Position numbers and translations under genes: made by a program. A DNA stretch of 64,000 nucleotides from the human T2T-CHM13v2.0 reference genome, Homo sapiens: NCBI RefSeq assembly GCF_009914755.1, contig NC_060927.1, one strand, 5' to 3'. Shown in pieces: positions 39,994 through 56,306 of the stretch; position 1 is the first letter of the stretch; the number at the start of each line of letters is the position of its first letter. The notes below the pieces were generated by a model, which saw nothing but the letters and a program-made list of their open reading frames with translations, did no database searches and was not told where the DNA came from.

Positions 39994-40289
39994 GGCCAGG
40001 CATGGTGTCTGACGCCTGTAATCCCAGCAATTTAGGAGGCCAAGGCAGGAGGATCACTTGAGGTCAAGAGTTCGAGACCAGCATGGCCAACATGGTGAAA
40101 CCCCGTCTCTACAAAAAATACAAACATTAACCGGATGTGGTGGTGGGCGCCTGTAATCCCCAGCTACTCATGAAGCTGAGGCAGGAGAATTGCTTGAACC
40201 CAGGAGGTGGAGATTGCAGTGAGCCAGTCGTGCCTGCACTCCAGCCTGGGTGACAAAGTGACACTGTCTCAAAAAAAAAAAAAATAAAA
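39994..40289 (+). mobile_element. Alu, AluS/Jb-type
   Basis: Full dimer; degenerate TSD ATAAAATGGATATG / ATAAAAGTGGATATG. Confidence 0.93.
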
Positions 40290-41489
40290 GTGGATATGGT
40301 AATTTTTCTCCTTTCCAAATTATATTTTGTTCCATCCTGGATCATTCAGTCTACACTGGCGTATTTCGCTCAAGTGACATTAGAGATGGTTTCTGGCATA
40401 ATATCCTTGTCTGAGTCTGTGTGCAAAATAACTTTTTAAAAAAGTGGAATAAGTTCTATGATCTGTAGTTGGGATAGGGATTAAACAACAACAGCAAAAC
40501 AGACTTTTACTTCCTTAGATCTCAGATTTATATGTATAGAGAATTGGTTTTACACAAATAGTGAATAAAGTATTTTGCCAAGTGTGCTTTCAGTAGAGAC
40601 TTGAATGATTGTGATCTGTTTTGCTCTTATTCCACGTTCAGAGGTTCCCATGGGAACCACTCCCAATTCGTGGGAAGAGTGGAATTTAACAAACAATACA
40701 GAAAAGCCATTTAATCATCCTCTGTGTGATCCACAAAAGTGCCAGAAATACGGAGGAAATGAAATCACTAGAATCTCTATCTGTATGGGCCTGCCCAGAG
40801 AAAAAAGTGCTGCTCATGGTAAATAGATTTGATAGATGGCAGAAAAACACCAGTGTCCTAAATCTGACAGTAACAAAAAACCTCTCCCATCATCCATCTC
40901 CTTCAGATACCTTTTCAAAATTTGTTAAGTGTTTTGTGTCCTAGAGTTTGGCATCTTGCCATTTTAATTTAACTATTTTTCCCCTGAAAGATTTGTTTCC
41001 AGAAAAAGCTTGGGATCATAATACAGTAAACCTTACACATAATCTTCTCATTATGTTCAGAAAGCTAATTTTAAACCTAATTTTCCCATCTCTGTCTCTC
41101 TCTATTCCAGTGCTTACCTGCCTGCATTAATTAATTCCTGTGCAGCAATGAAAATTTGACTCAGTTACCTGACCTCTTACCTTCTGATTGCAGAGGCTCT
41201 GTCTCTTACAGGGGTGTGGGACGCCTGGTGCCACAGGACATGTGAACACAGATTATCCGTACCTGGGAGGTGACTTTGGTGAGATCGGAGACATTGGAGT
41301 CCCCCAGGAGCAGCTCCTCAGCAGATTGGGGATAAGAACAGAGGGCACCTACAACAATCTATGTATTACAGAACACAGCTCTTTTTCTTTTGCGAACACA
41401 GCTGTTTTTCTTTTGCCTGACTTGACTGAAAACTGTTTTTAAGTGAATTAAGTGTTTTAAGTGAATTAGGTGTTTCAGCTATGTCGCCA

Positions 41490-41870
41490 GTGGGCACTGA
41501 ATCCTAAAACAGTGATCTGGAAGGGTCTTGGTGACCATGCTATCCAAGCACCATGAGATTTGGACCTCCAAGTTGGGTTCATCTTCTCACTCTCCCCGTG
41601 CTCTCTACTGTGAAACCACATTGGTCTTCGCTTCCTCCAACACAGCTAGCTCTTGTCTGCACCAGAGTCTTTGAACTGTGGTGCGTTTTACGTGAAATAC
41701 CTCCAAATGATTCTTGTTCATCCTTAAGATCTCAGAATAGATGTCATTTCCTCAGAAAGCACCACCTTCTTGACCCTCCAGCCTACAGGAGGATTCCCTG
41801 GACTGTGTTGTCATAGCACCTTTGCTTTTCCATCAAAATATTTAACATAGTTCATAAATTGTTTCATAGA
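41490..41870 (+). mobile_element. L2 3' fragment
   Basis: TCATCCTTAAGATCTCAGAATAGATGTCATTTCCTCAGAAAGC. Confidence 0.6.
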
Positions 41871-42320
41871 TGAGGGGGTGGTTAGCTCGGGTTGCTTTTT
41901 CTCTTCTCCAGTAAGAGATTTCAGAATCACTCCCCTTAGAATCATTTATATGAGGTTTTCCCCTGAGGGCAGGCCAGTGGCCTCACTGCTTCAGAAGGGG
42001 GTGTAATCAGGGTGAAGAGCAAAAATGCTTGGTATCTTTGAGGGAAAAGAAATGAAGTTTTGGAGAGCTGGTAGGTGCCAGAGCCGTTCCTGCCTCAGTG
42101 CTTCCATAACCAGCTGGGGACTTAGGAGGTGGCTGTTTGTGGGATTCAAAAAACGGAACCATGGGAACCTTGGAAGCCCAAGTGCTGGGCGTCTTCGATG
42201 AGCTTAGCATTCAGAAGAGAAATTGCGCTTCATAGGCCATGTGGGGTCTGTGCATAAACCTGTATACAGCAGAGTTCATTGCAGCAATGGTCCCGCGCCT
42301 TCCTCAGCAGCGTCCTCAAG

Positions 42321-42339
42321 CAGCGCCACCGTGTGGCAG
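42321..42339 (-). promoter_or_regulatory. Candidate CTCF site in a CpG-retaining patch
   Basis: Minus strand CTGCCACACGGTGGCGCTG; 16 CpGs in 42190-42529. Confidence 0.45.
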
Positions 42340-42529
42340 CAGTAAGCAATGGCAGTGATCGGATTCCTGTCCACTCCCTGGTGTGGATGTCCTCGGCGGA
42401 CTTCCTGTCCATTACGCATGTGGGACATCAAGAGATAAATCGGAAAAATAAGAAATACAACTGTATATGAAGCCCGGTTTGGAGAGGCATTTGTTTGCAT
42501 AAGTCTGTAAGATCCGTTGTAGACCCTCG

Positions 42530-42655
42530 GTAAATGTTTGTTTTGGAGATGAGGAAATGGAGGCAGAGAGAAGGCAAGTCATTTATCACAGACAGCGTTA
42601 ACTCTGGGCAGAGTTAGGATAAGAATATGTGAATCTTCTGGCCCCAGTTTTGGTA
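42530..42655 (-). mobile_element. MIR fragment
   Basis: GATGAGGAAATGGAGGCAGAGAGAAGGCAAGTCATTT. Confidence 0.6.
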
Positions 42656-43419
42656 GTTCTGCAGTTGAAAGATACCATGAAGAAGGATGATGTGTATTAA
42701 GAGACCATGATCCGATCACTCTTTATGAGATTACTAAGAGCTATGGATTGCTAGGGCTATTCCTGGCTATTTGGGGAGAGGGAAGTCTGACCCTCTTGGA
42801 TGCTTATTTTATCTCTGGCAACCATTTTGGGGTCATTAATATTTCTCATCTGCATGTCTGTACCTCTTCCTTCCAGTTTTCCTAATGACCTTCTTCCTTT
42901 TTGCCTGCCTCCTTGCATTTCCGTTTCGTTGGTTTACCAAATAGATTTCATTGTGAGATATGTGTGTCATTGAGTCAAATGTATCTTCACTAAAAGAGAA
43001 GTTCTGGTTCCTGTTCTGAAATTTCTGTCTTACACATTTAAAAATGGAAGAAGATATTTAAAAGTAAAATAAATTAAATAAGCACACATTAATATAATGA
43101 GATTACATAAGACCTGGTGGATAATATGTGAGACTGGGTTGAGATTGATGAGTGATGGCTTCTTAGAGGAGAAAGATTTTAAAGATATGCGATATGAAAG
43201 TAGAGGGAGGAGGTGTGCACTCCGACGAGAAATGAGACAGGTGGGGAAGTCCAGTGTACATGTGTTTACGGGGTTAGTGAGAAGAGAGTTGGCAAAAGTG
43301 TATGGGATTATTCAGAACAATCTGAGGAAAAGATATCTGGCTTAGGGAAGGAGTTCCTGGAGTCAATGGAGACTTAAGCTGTTAAAGGAAAATAAAAGTG
43401 AAAAAAATGAAAAAAACTT

Positions 43420-43605
43420 TGGAGTAGTTTTTGGGCTCAAAATCTCACTTTACTGTTACTATCTGGGTGACTTTGGACAAGGTATTTAAGATATGAATGT
43501 GTTTTCTCATCTACAAAAATGTGCTTTTGTGAAAATCAAGTAAAATGTCCTATGAGATGCCCTAAAACAATACTGGCCTAGAGGAGGTGTTCAATAAATG
43601 TAACT
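43420..43605 (+). mobile_element. MIR SINE
   Basis: GTGACTTTGGACAAGG…TTTTCTCATCTACAAAAATG…GTTCAATAAATGT. Confidence 0.7.
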
Positions 43606-46249
43606 TTTACACTTTATACCAATTTCAAATTCTCATCACTAAGTTATAGTTTCAAATGAATGTTTTCAGTTTATCTTGATGTTGCTCCTGACTTCAAAAT
43701 TTTCTGTTTGGATTTTCTTAGAAATTAATAATCTTTCACACATAGCTATCAAATAAATCATTGTTTTCATTTAAGAAACATGGATAAATTGGCACACACA
43801 CAAAATCATTCTCAGAAATCTATCAAAACCAATTAAAGGAACCCCAAATTAGGAAGGACAATTGCATTTGTCATGAAATTAGAGTGGAGCCTCAGCCTCA
43901 AACCCTAAATTACAAAGACTAGTTTTTGAATTCAATTTAATAGAAGCTTCCAGGATTTCATACATATGTTCTTTAATTTTGCATATACTGCATATATGGG
44001 AAATGAGAATGCTTGAAGGGGCTTTTAAACCCTGGTAATTAGGACAGGGTGGCAAAGTGACACATCAAAGTTTATGTTCCAGAAATAAAAAAGAAACTTG
44101 TGACAAATGACTTACAAAGGGCGAATTTTTTCCCCAAAAGTATTAATGTAAGAAGTTTAGATATGTTTCTAAAAGTCTACCATCCCTCATTATTTGTCCA
44201 TCATTATTTCAGTACAAACATACCCAATGTTTCATAAAATATATTTCATTAATAATTAAGACAGACAAGCTTTGATTTAACAATTTCTTACCATATGAAT
44301 GTGGTTGTGGTCTCAACCACTGGTAAAAGAATTATGGGGGACACATTCAGCTGCTGCAATAAAGACAACCATTGTAAATGCTTACCTCTTAGATGAAAAT
44401 GGTTGGGCCGGATGTCCTCCTATTGTTTGCTCTTCCACATCTGAAAAGAACGTAGACTAAATGGAGTGAATCCTCACTGATACATGGAAGTGAATATGTC
44501 CACATTGGCAGCATTCATAAACAGCAGCAGGTTTCCTTAATATGAGAATCAGAGTAGTTACAGCATAGATGAGTTTTTGAGCCTGCATAGAAAAAGTCCA
44601 GAAAACATGCAGCACGCACTGCTGGTGAGCATTAACTCACTCTTGTCATTTGGGAAAGAGAACCCATTGTTTCTAGATCTTCAATTTCTGCAGAAAAGCA
44701 TGGAGTCTGTTACTCTTCATTTTTTTGTTTTGTTTGTTTTGTTTTTGGAAGAGTGAAATCTCCAGCTTTAAAAATGTTGGCAACAAATACAACATTCTTT
44801 TTAAAGCATAGTCAGTGTAAGCATCGTTGGTGGGCTAGACAGGACATACCTGTGAGCCAGATTTGACTCACAGGCTTTCAGTTTGCAGTCTCTGAGGTCT
44901 AGTGTATGAAGTTGGAATCCCGAGAGGCAGCGAGTGGGAGAAAATGAAGGCTCAGAACAAGTCAGACCTCTTGTAGCAGGCCTATAACTTCTTCCTGGAG
45001 CACCTTGACTCTCTTAGCACCATACAGGATCTGATCTGAGAGAGAGTTGTGTAAGATTGATGCTCCAGAATTATACTGTATACTTTTGACCAGAATATTT
45101 TCATTTTCAGTATGAACACATTGCTCTCTTAAGTATTTTTTGCATTTGTAAAAGAAAATAATAAGCCCCAACATATCCCTGAAGCTTACAATATCTGTGC
45201 CCCAAACTCTTCCTTATGAACTTTCTTAATATTTTAACAATATCAAAACAGAAAAAAAATTGTTAGGCATAAATTATCTACTTACTCTGACCTATATCGG
45301 GTTCTTTTTCAAGCTTTTCAAAAGGTGACACAAAAGCCAGTTCAACCTGAATATTGGAAAAGAATTGCAGGGGTCTCTGAGCATTGGGAAAGGATACAAA
45401 AGGCATCAGAAGTTTGGCTTTGAGACAGTTGCCATGAAAGGTATCTCATTTTCCTGCCCTGGAGATTTTATATTAAATGGATTATCTGTCTGTCAAGCAT
45501 TTTGAGCATTCCCCTTCACTGCTTTCCCTGAGGACTATTGCAGCATCTTACCGTGTGAGGTGGGCCATATTTTTTTTTGCAGATGATTTATAGAATATGA
45601 GATATATAAGCAGCCGTTAACACATCTAGTTTTATTTTTAAAGTTATGTTTGAATGGATTATGTTTGTCCCACAATCATTTTTTAATCTGAATAATAAGG
45701 TCAATTTGACACAGCTCTTTTTTTTTTTTTAACATTTAGTTTAATTCTTTAACAAACCTTGCCCTCATTTCTGTTTAACCTTGGACCACCTGCTTTGGCT
45801 GGTTATGTAATTTGCAAATTAGAAAATGACTATTTCTTTTTTCTTGTTATTGGACTCCAAAACTCACCCAAATTCTTTTTCTTTGCTTTGTGTTTCCTCT
45901 CTGTCTTCCTAATTTCTTATGCCTGTATTAATAAAATGGCTTGAGAGATAATAGTCTAGTTAAATGCATAGTTTCCTAATTTGCTTATGGAAAAGCTAAA
46001 GTAGACTGGAAAGAACATGTTACTAAATTATAATTTTAAATTTTTTATCATTGAATGTCAGTCTCACTGTGATCCTTTTATGACTCTATAAATATGCTTT
46101 CTTTTGAATGCTGGAGGTGGAAGGCAGGTTGGCGGTCACCTGGACTAAAACCATCGTTTTACTGAAAAAGCAATTGTGAACTAAATAGGAGAGGTCTCTT
46201 GGCCAAGGTCAAACATAAGCTGGTGGCAAAATCAGGAGAGAGTCTTGTA

Positions 46250-46500
46250 TCCTGGTTAAGAGGTATAAGGATCCAGAGTCAGACAAAACTCCATGTCCTG
46301 GATGGCCTTATATTAGTTATCTTGCTATGACTTCTGGCAAGTCAAATAACTTTTCTGAGCCTCAGTTTCAAAAATTTTAAAATGAAGATTATCATATTGC
46401 TCACTGTTATTTATAATGTGGAATAAGTGATAGATTCCACATCAACTGCGTGACATCTAACACCTAGTAAGCTCTCAGTAAGTTGTTACTGTTATTGCTG
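46250..46500 (+). mobile_element. MIR SINE
   Basis: GGTTAAGAG…CAGAGTCAGAC…GGCAAGTCAAATAACTTTTCTGAGCCTCAGTTTC. Confidence 0.75.
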
Positions 46501-46714
46501 CATCTCTCATAATCATCACTCTGATCACCTGTCTATGTTTGTGTCATCACACAGCTCTAGCAATGTTTCCAAACCAAAGAAAGGGTCCCTTAAACTTCCT
46601 CAGCAAGGGCTTGGCATCTGTTGTCATTTGTTGACTGTTTCTCAGATGGTTCAGGAATGTATACGGTGCGTATTATTAAGTTTGCAGCTCCCCTTGATTT
46701 CCATTCGTCACATT

Positions 46715-47460
46715 TGGTCCATAAATTCAATCAATATGTATTGAACACCTTCCTTCTGTACACAAAGCTCTACTAGATCCCTAGGATACAGGGTGAACAA
46801 GAAGGTATAATCCCTCTTGCCTGGGGCTTATGTTTGGAGTTGGGAGAATAGAAGCTAAATAACTAATCATACTGTTGTTTACTTATGGTTGTGTTCAGTG
46901 GTTAAAGTTGAGTACCAAGTGCTATGAGTGAGTAAAAGAGGGGAGTCAAAGATGGAGGCTTCTCGGACAAGTAGGTCTTAGCTAGGCATGACCTAAGGTA
47001 TAATTATTTTTATTTTGAAGGGATGGTATCTGAGGAGGTACAGGAAGCAGAAGTCATTGAAATTTTAGGGATGAATAGAAAGTCATTGTGGCTGAAGCAA
47101 GGGGATGCTGGAGGATAAGGGTGGAAAGGAAGGAGGGGCTGAAACATTAATTTTTAGGCCATGTTAAGTTTTCTGGGCTGCATTATAAGAAAATAAATGG
47201 AATGTTATTGAAAGGTTATACACAGAAAAATATCATCACCAGATCTTTTATAAAGATAATTTTAGTGCTTCATGAAGAACAAGTAGAGGAAGCAGAGAGA
47301 ACTGCTTGGGGTCGGGGTGGCTTGTAATAGAGTGGGGGCAGTGGAGGTGGAGAGAGATCTGAGAAATACAAAGAGGTACAAGGAACCAGCCTGGTGTGTG
47401 ACTGGTGTGTCAGTGGAGGCAGAGAGAGATGTCAAGAATGACTCCACTTTTGACATGAAC
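46715..47460 (-). mobile_element. L2 3' fragment
   Basis: ATTCAATCAATATGTATTGAACACCT…GAGAGAGATGTCAAGAATGACTCC. Confidence 0.7.
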
Positions 47461-48660
47461 TCCAGTCATCATGAATGTTGGAGTAAGACTGGTCCATGAT
47501 CATATTTTTTTCCTGGTGAAATAAAGCACGGAGGAGTTCTGAGTTCTGGAAAAAGACCGATTGAAATGAGAGGTGAAAAGAGAACGCTAAGTACGATGAG
47601 GACAGAAGACATACTTTAAATATGTTAAGTAGTAAGAACATCAAATACTAGGAGCCAGTATAGTTAAGTTACGAATTGTGAGGTTTGTGTATGTTAGAGT
47701 TGAGGAATTCCTGTTTCTTGCTGTTTTGATGGGCACAGTGTTCTTCCACGACAGTAATCAGATAAACTACTTAGGTCAACTCAATTAATCTCTTTTAAAA
47801 GAAGCCTGGAATAATCTGCTCCGTTCTTTGACATAAATTGATTGATTAGAATGTTTGCATCCCCAAATTAAGGTAAAACCACTGCCATTTTACAGAAGGT
47901 ATTGATCTTATGTCTGTTAAAATTGTATCTTTAAATTTTTTAATTTAGTTTTATTCTTTTTCAATGAGAATACAGATTTCAAACTAAATGTAGTGTAGGT
48001 GTGAATGATAATAAAATACCACATAATTTAGTGTAGTTTTCCTATACGCATTATATTCATTTCAGCGCATTATGATTTCAACTGTGTTTGTACTTGAATT
48101 ACTCATTTTTGTTTATCAACATGAGGTTTCCATCTGATCCAGAATCAAATAGTTTTTATTCAGAGTTCTATTCATTTACTAAAAATAATTTCTTATGAAT
48201 GTTCTCATATATGCACATGCATGCATGTTTTAAAAAGATAACAGAATCCTGTTATTGCCAAGAAATTTGGGGGTAAGACCATGGTGGCAATTTAAGCAGG
48301 TTTTGTTTTGTTTTAGTTTTGTTTTTGAGATCTTTATTTCTCCCAGCTACCTATCAAATAATATAGGAGGGAAAACTGTGTCCCACAACTGGAAAACCCA
48401 TAAGGCTCCCCAGTCATCTACCTCAAATCTTGAGGAGTCTCCAGAGCTATCATTGTGCAAAGAGATGTGGGGGAGCTGTTCTGACCTGTTTATTGACTCA
48501 ATAGTATGTGTCATTCAAATTTAGGGAATGGAGAAAGATGCTGTTGCCATTCTGCTGGCCATGTTACTTGTCAAAGCCCATAACCACGAATGTTTGGAGA
48601 AAATTTAAAGTTGAATATAGGAGAGAACAATAATGATATGGAAGTTTCCTGTACTACTCA

Positions 48661-50080
<1,420 letters not shown>

Positions 50081-50927
50081 AAAGCAAAATTAAAACAAAG
50101 AAGAAAGAGAGATTGCTTGAGGAAAAAAAAAACAACAACAAAGTATACCCTTTAGTAGAGATAGTAAATATCAGAATGGATGCTACTGACCAAATTAATT
50201 AACTGGAAGGCTGAGAAAATTCGCATAACTGTAAGTAAAAAAGAGGTTTTATAAGAGAGAGGATGACGCACATAGGATAGGTCTTGGGGCTCATCTCATA
50301 ACTAATAATAGGAATTTTAGAAATAGAGAACAGATGAGAGGAAGGAGGAGAACTAACAGATTACCATTTCCTCTAAGCCAAACCTAATTCTTCAAGCCTT
50401 CACATTGAATGACCTCACTACAAGCTGGTGAAGATTAATGAAAATAAAAACTTTTAGACATACCATGATGGAATTTTGAATTCCAAGGTAAAGAGAAAAT
50501 GTATACAAAAGTTGACACAGAAAAACAATTAGTTACCTTCAAGGAAAAGAGAATTTGACTATTATCCAGTTTCTCATCTGCCACAGAAAATGCTAGTGGA
50601 CAATGCAACATTCCTTTCAGAACTGTGAGTAAAAAGGGTTGCAATCATAGTATTCTCTCACCAGACACAGTTTGCTCATGTTTGACGGAAAAATGTGCGT
50701 TTTGATACATGAAAGGACTCAAAGTATTCTGCAAATGTACTGTTTAAAAAAAACAAAACAAAACAAAAGGAGGTAGTAGGAGGAGACTTAAGGATGTACT
50801 ATAGCCAAAATGAAAATGAGTCAAAATATATCACAAATAGGTCACAATATGAGAAGGGGTGCAAGATATATGGGTCACAAATGCTGCTACAAGACTGGCC
50901 CTGGGCAGATTGCATTAATATCACCTA

Positions 50928-52247
<1,320 letters not shown>

Positions 52248-52249
52248 CA

Positions 52250-52395
52250 AGGGAATTCTGCCAAGGAGACTTTAAATGCTGATTCCTGGAGTCCAAAGTG
52301 AGAGATTATGAGAGTGTAAACCTGAGATAGGTCCCAGTAGTCTGTATTTTTAATAAGTTCTCCAAGTCACCTGACAGCCAAATTTGGTAACCTGA
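52250..52395. mobile_element. MER5B-like MITE (other part near 50885-50930)
   Basis: GCTGATTCCTGG…CCCAGTAGTCTGTATTTTTAATAAGTTCTCC…CAGCCAAATTTGGTAACC. Confidence 0.55.
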
Positions 52396-53762
52396 GAGTA
52401 ATGAGTTCAATAAAATATATTACAATTAAATTATTGATAATGTAAGTTATGAAATATTAATGAAATGGTTAAGAAAGGATCCTCAACTGCAAGGACAAAA
52501 ATGCAATCATTTTTGTCTGAAAGTAAATTCTAGCTTATTTCAAGAGAATCTAGGTGCTGTGTGTATGTTGTGAATGCTGTGTAGTGTAAGGGAATCACTG
52601 AAGACTTAGAAGCTTGTAAATGCCTAGCCTTGTTCCTGAAGGGGGAGCTCTTAGAGACCGTTTAGTCATTGAGATTGATGGAGAAACATTACTTACATAT
52701 GCTTATATATTTAAAGATTACCAACAGTGAAATACAAATAAGATGAATAGCTCCTTAATGGCTAGAGAATGCAAAATAACACATAAGAAAAAGAAAGCTT
52801 CGATAGTAGAGTAAAAATTTGGAAGAAAGAAACGAGAAAATATAAACAAACAACTATGAGTGATAGAATGTAGTTTGATAGTAGTAATCATTTCACTATG
52901 TATATGTATATCAAAATATTATGTTGTGTACATCAGACATAGATGTAATAAAAATAAATTTAAAAATATATATGCAAGTTACAATTAAAGTAGGTAAATT
53001 AAATCTTAAATTACAAAACATTTTTGCATTAGCTTAAGAAGGATAAACCAATTCCATGCTGTTTAAAAGAAGACTTTTTTTTTAAATGGCACAAAGTAAT
53101 TGGAAAGTTTTTCACTATTATATCTGTAGCTCTTGGCATGATTGGACATATGGTTCAAAAATGATTGCCACCTCATGGAATGAATGGATGTGGAAAAGTA
53201 TAACAGCCTCCTATCACAACCACAACCAAAAATAAAAAGGTAACGTGTAACAATACCATTATTACAATACACTTCAAATAATAAATAATTAGATGGCACA
53301 TAGGGCTATTTTTACCAAAAAATCCACCATTAAACAAGGTATAATAGCATCAAACTTTTGTGCACTGAAGGACACACATTATGATGAATTGGAAACATAA
53401 ACATTCAAGAAGAAATTAACAAAACTATTACCAGACTGGGAAATTTTAATACATCTCTCAGAATTGGACTAGTCAAAAAAATCCAAGACAAATGATGTAA
53501 TATTTTCCACAATATTAAGCTCATACCAATGCTTTGATAACCATAAGCTTTTTACCTTGTCATTTAATAACATTTTAATTGTAAAATAAAGTAAATATGA
53601 TGACTAAAAGTAAATGAAAACATTCGAACAAAATACTTCTTTGTTTTCACCCTGGCCCATTTTAATATGTCCACTTGGCTTCTAATAGTATATGATGTTT
53701 CCCTTTCCTCGTTTGAGAACCCCTGGTTTGAATATTACAGTTCAGTTAAGATTTATTTCAAG

Positions 53763-54027
53763 ACCAGGCATGGTGGCTTATGCCTGTAATCCCTGAAGCA
53801 GAAGGATCACTTGAGGCTAGGCGTTCAACAGACCAAGCAACATAGGAAGACTCCATCTCTACAAAAAATTTTAAAACATTAGCTGGGCATGGTGTTGTGT
53901 GCCTATGGTTCTAGCTAGGCTGAGCCAGGAGGATCGCTTGAGTCCAGGAGTTAAAGGTTATAGTAAGCTATGATGAGGCCATTGCACCCCACTCTGACCT
54001 GGGTGACAGAGTAAGACCTTGCCTCCA
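53763..54027 (+). mobile_element. AluJ with several small deletions and no A tail
   Basis: CCAGGCATGGTGGCTTATGCCTGTAATCCC…GGGTGACAGAGTAAGACCTTGCCTC. Confidence 0.85.
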
Positions 54028-55277
54028 TGGTTGGAAAGTTATACTCTACAAATGTAGACTGTATATTGTTTCAAAAATGTTTTTGGAATGTTTATGAAAT
54101 TTGATCATATATGTAAAGAAAATTTCAAATATTAAATATTAAAAATCTTATAGGTTATATTGTCTAATTAAAGAGCAATAAAATTATAAATTAGCAAGGA
54201 CCAAAAATATGAGCTACTTGGAAATTAAAATTAAACTTGTGAATGGCTTTTGGGTTTAAGTGGAAATCAATTATACTATGAACTATCTTTAAAACAAGTC
54301 ACAGAAAATAATTATTCAGGATTCTAATATGTGGTCAGATGTTTACTGAGAGAGATTTTTAAAAATGTAAATGCATCATTCTTAAATATGAAAGATTGAA
54401 ATTAAGTAATCTAAACATTTAACTCGAGAGGCTAGAAAATGACATTATAAAACAAAATAAATTAATAAAAAGTGAATAGTTATTTAAAAGTAGAAATTAA
54501 TGACTTGTTTACATATAAAATATATAGAATTAAAAATACCCCATATTTGAAAAGACTTGTAAAATCAACAAAGCTTTGTTGTTTCTGATTCAAAAAAATG
54601 AGTTCATAAATGTATGATATTAAATTTAAAGGAGATAGGACCATTTGTATGTAATACATTTTCAAAATCAGTAGTGCTTGTTATGGATGTAATACTTGCA
54701 AGCAGATTTGGTGATTTGCTTGGAAAAAGAAAGAACCACTTTGTTTTTTCGAAAAGAAAAATTTCCTGCTTAAATGAATTGCCAAGATAAAGCAAATTAA
54801 AGATTGTCTTAGATTTACCCTCAGTTCTGCAAAATACACAGATTCAGATGGCTTCCTAGTTAAGTGCTGAAGCTCAAGAGACAAATCATTACCAAGTGAT
54901 TTAAAATGTTTCAGAATTTTAAAACTAAAAGTAATAGGGAACACTTTCTATCTTATTTAAAGTTCATGTTTTGAGAGTCTAATATATATTGTGAAATTTT
55001 AGAAAGGCTGTACGAAGTAACATTAAAAATTGTAGACCAGCTTCCTTATTATTACTCTTGTAAATATGATTGAATCGCAGGCATCATCAAGTTAAAAGAA
55101 TGATATACACTTACCAAGTATATTTGTTCTAAAAATGCAAGAAGAGTTCAGTATTCAGAGGTATATTAATATAATTATTTATAATACATTGAAAAGATAA
55201 ATTCCACATCTCTATTTTGAAAGATGTTTAACGCCTTTTGATGAAATCAAATCGACATTCCCCAGTAACATTTTTAG

Positions 55278-55584
<307 letters not shown>

Positions 55585-55927
55585 TAGAAACTTTAAAGCT
55601 ATTATGAAAGATATGAAAAACAGTAGTGAATATAACAATTCACTGTAAACAGTAAAACTGTTTCTGTTTTAAGTTAAAGAACAAATACTCTTTATCAATG
55701 CTCTTAGTCAACAATGCTCTGAAGATTATAGTTGGTAAAATGAAAACAGAATTAAGAATAAATAATGGGAAAGGACAAATATTACTATTTTCAGATTGTA
55801 TATGGGTTCTTCAATAAATTTTTACAATTAAAAGCTTTTAGAACTAATGAGTTCACTACATGATGAGAGATAAGATAAATGAAACTAGTTATTAGCTAAT
55901 ACTTGCAAGAATCAAAAAAGTAAGGGA

Positions 55928-56306
<379 letters not shown>

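Noticed and set aside
41193-41274. Possible exon after CTTCTGATTGCAG
   Set aside because: Weak donor (GAG|GTGACT) and competing acceptors; cannot be supported from sequence alone
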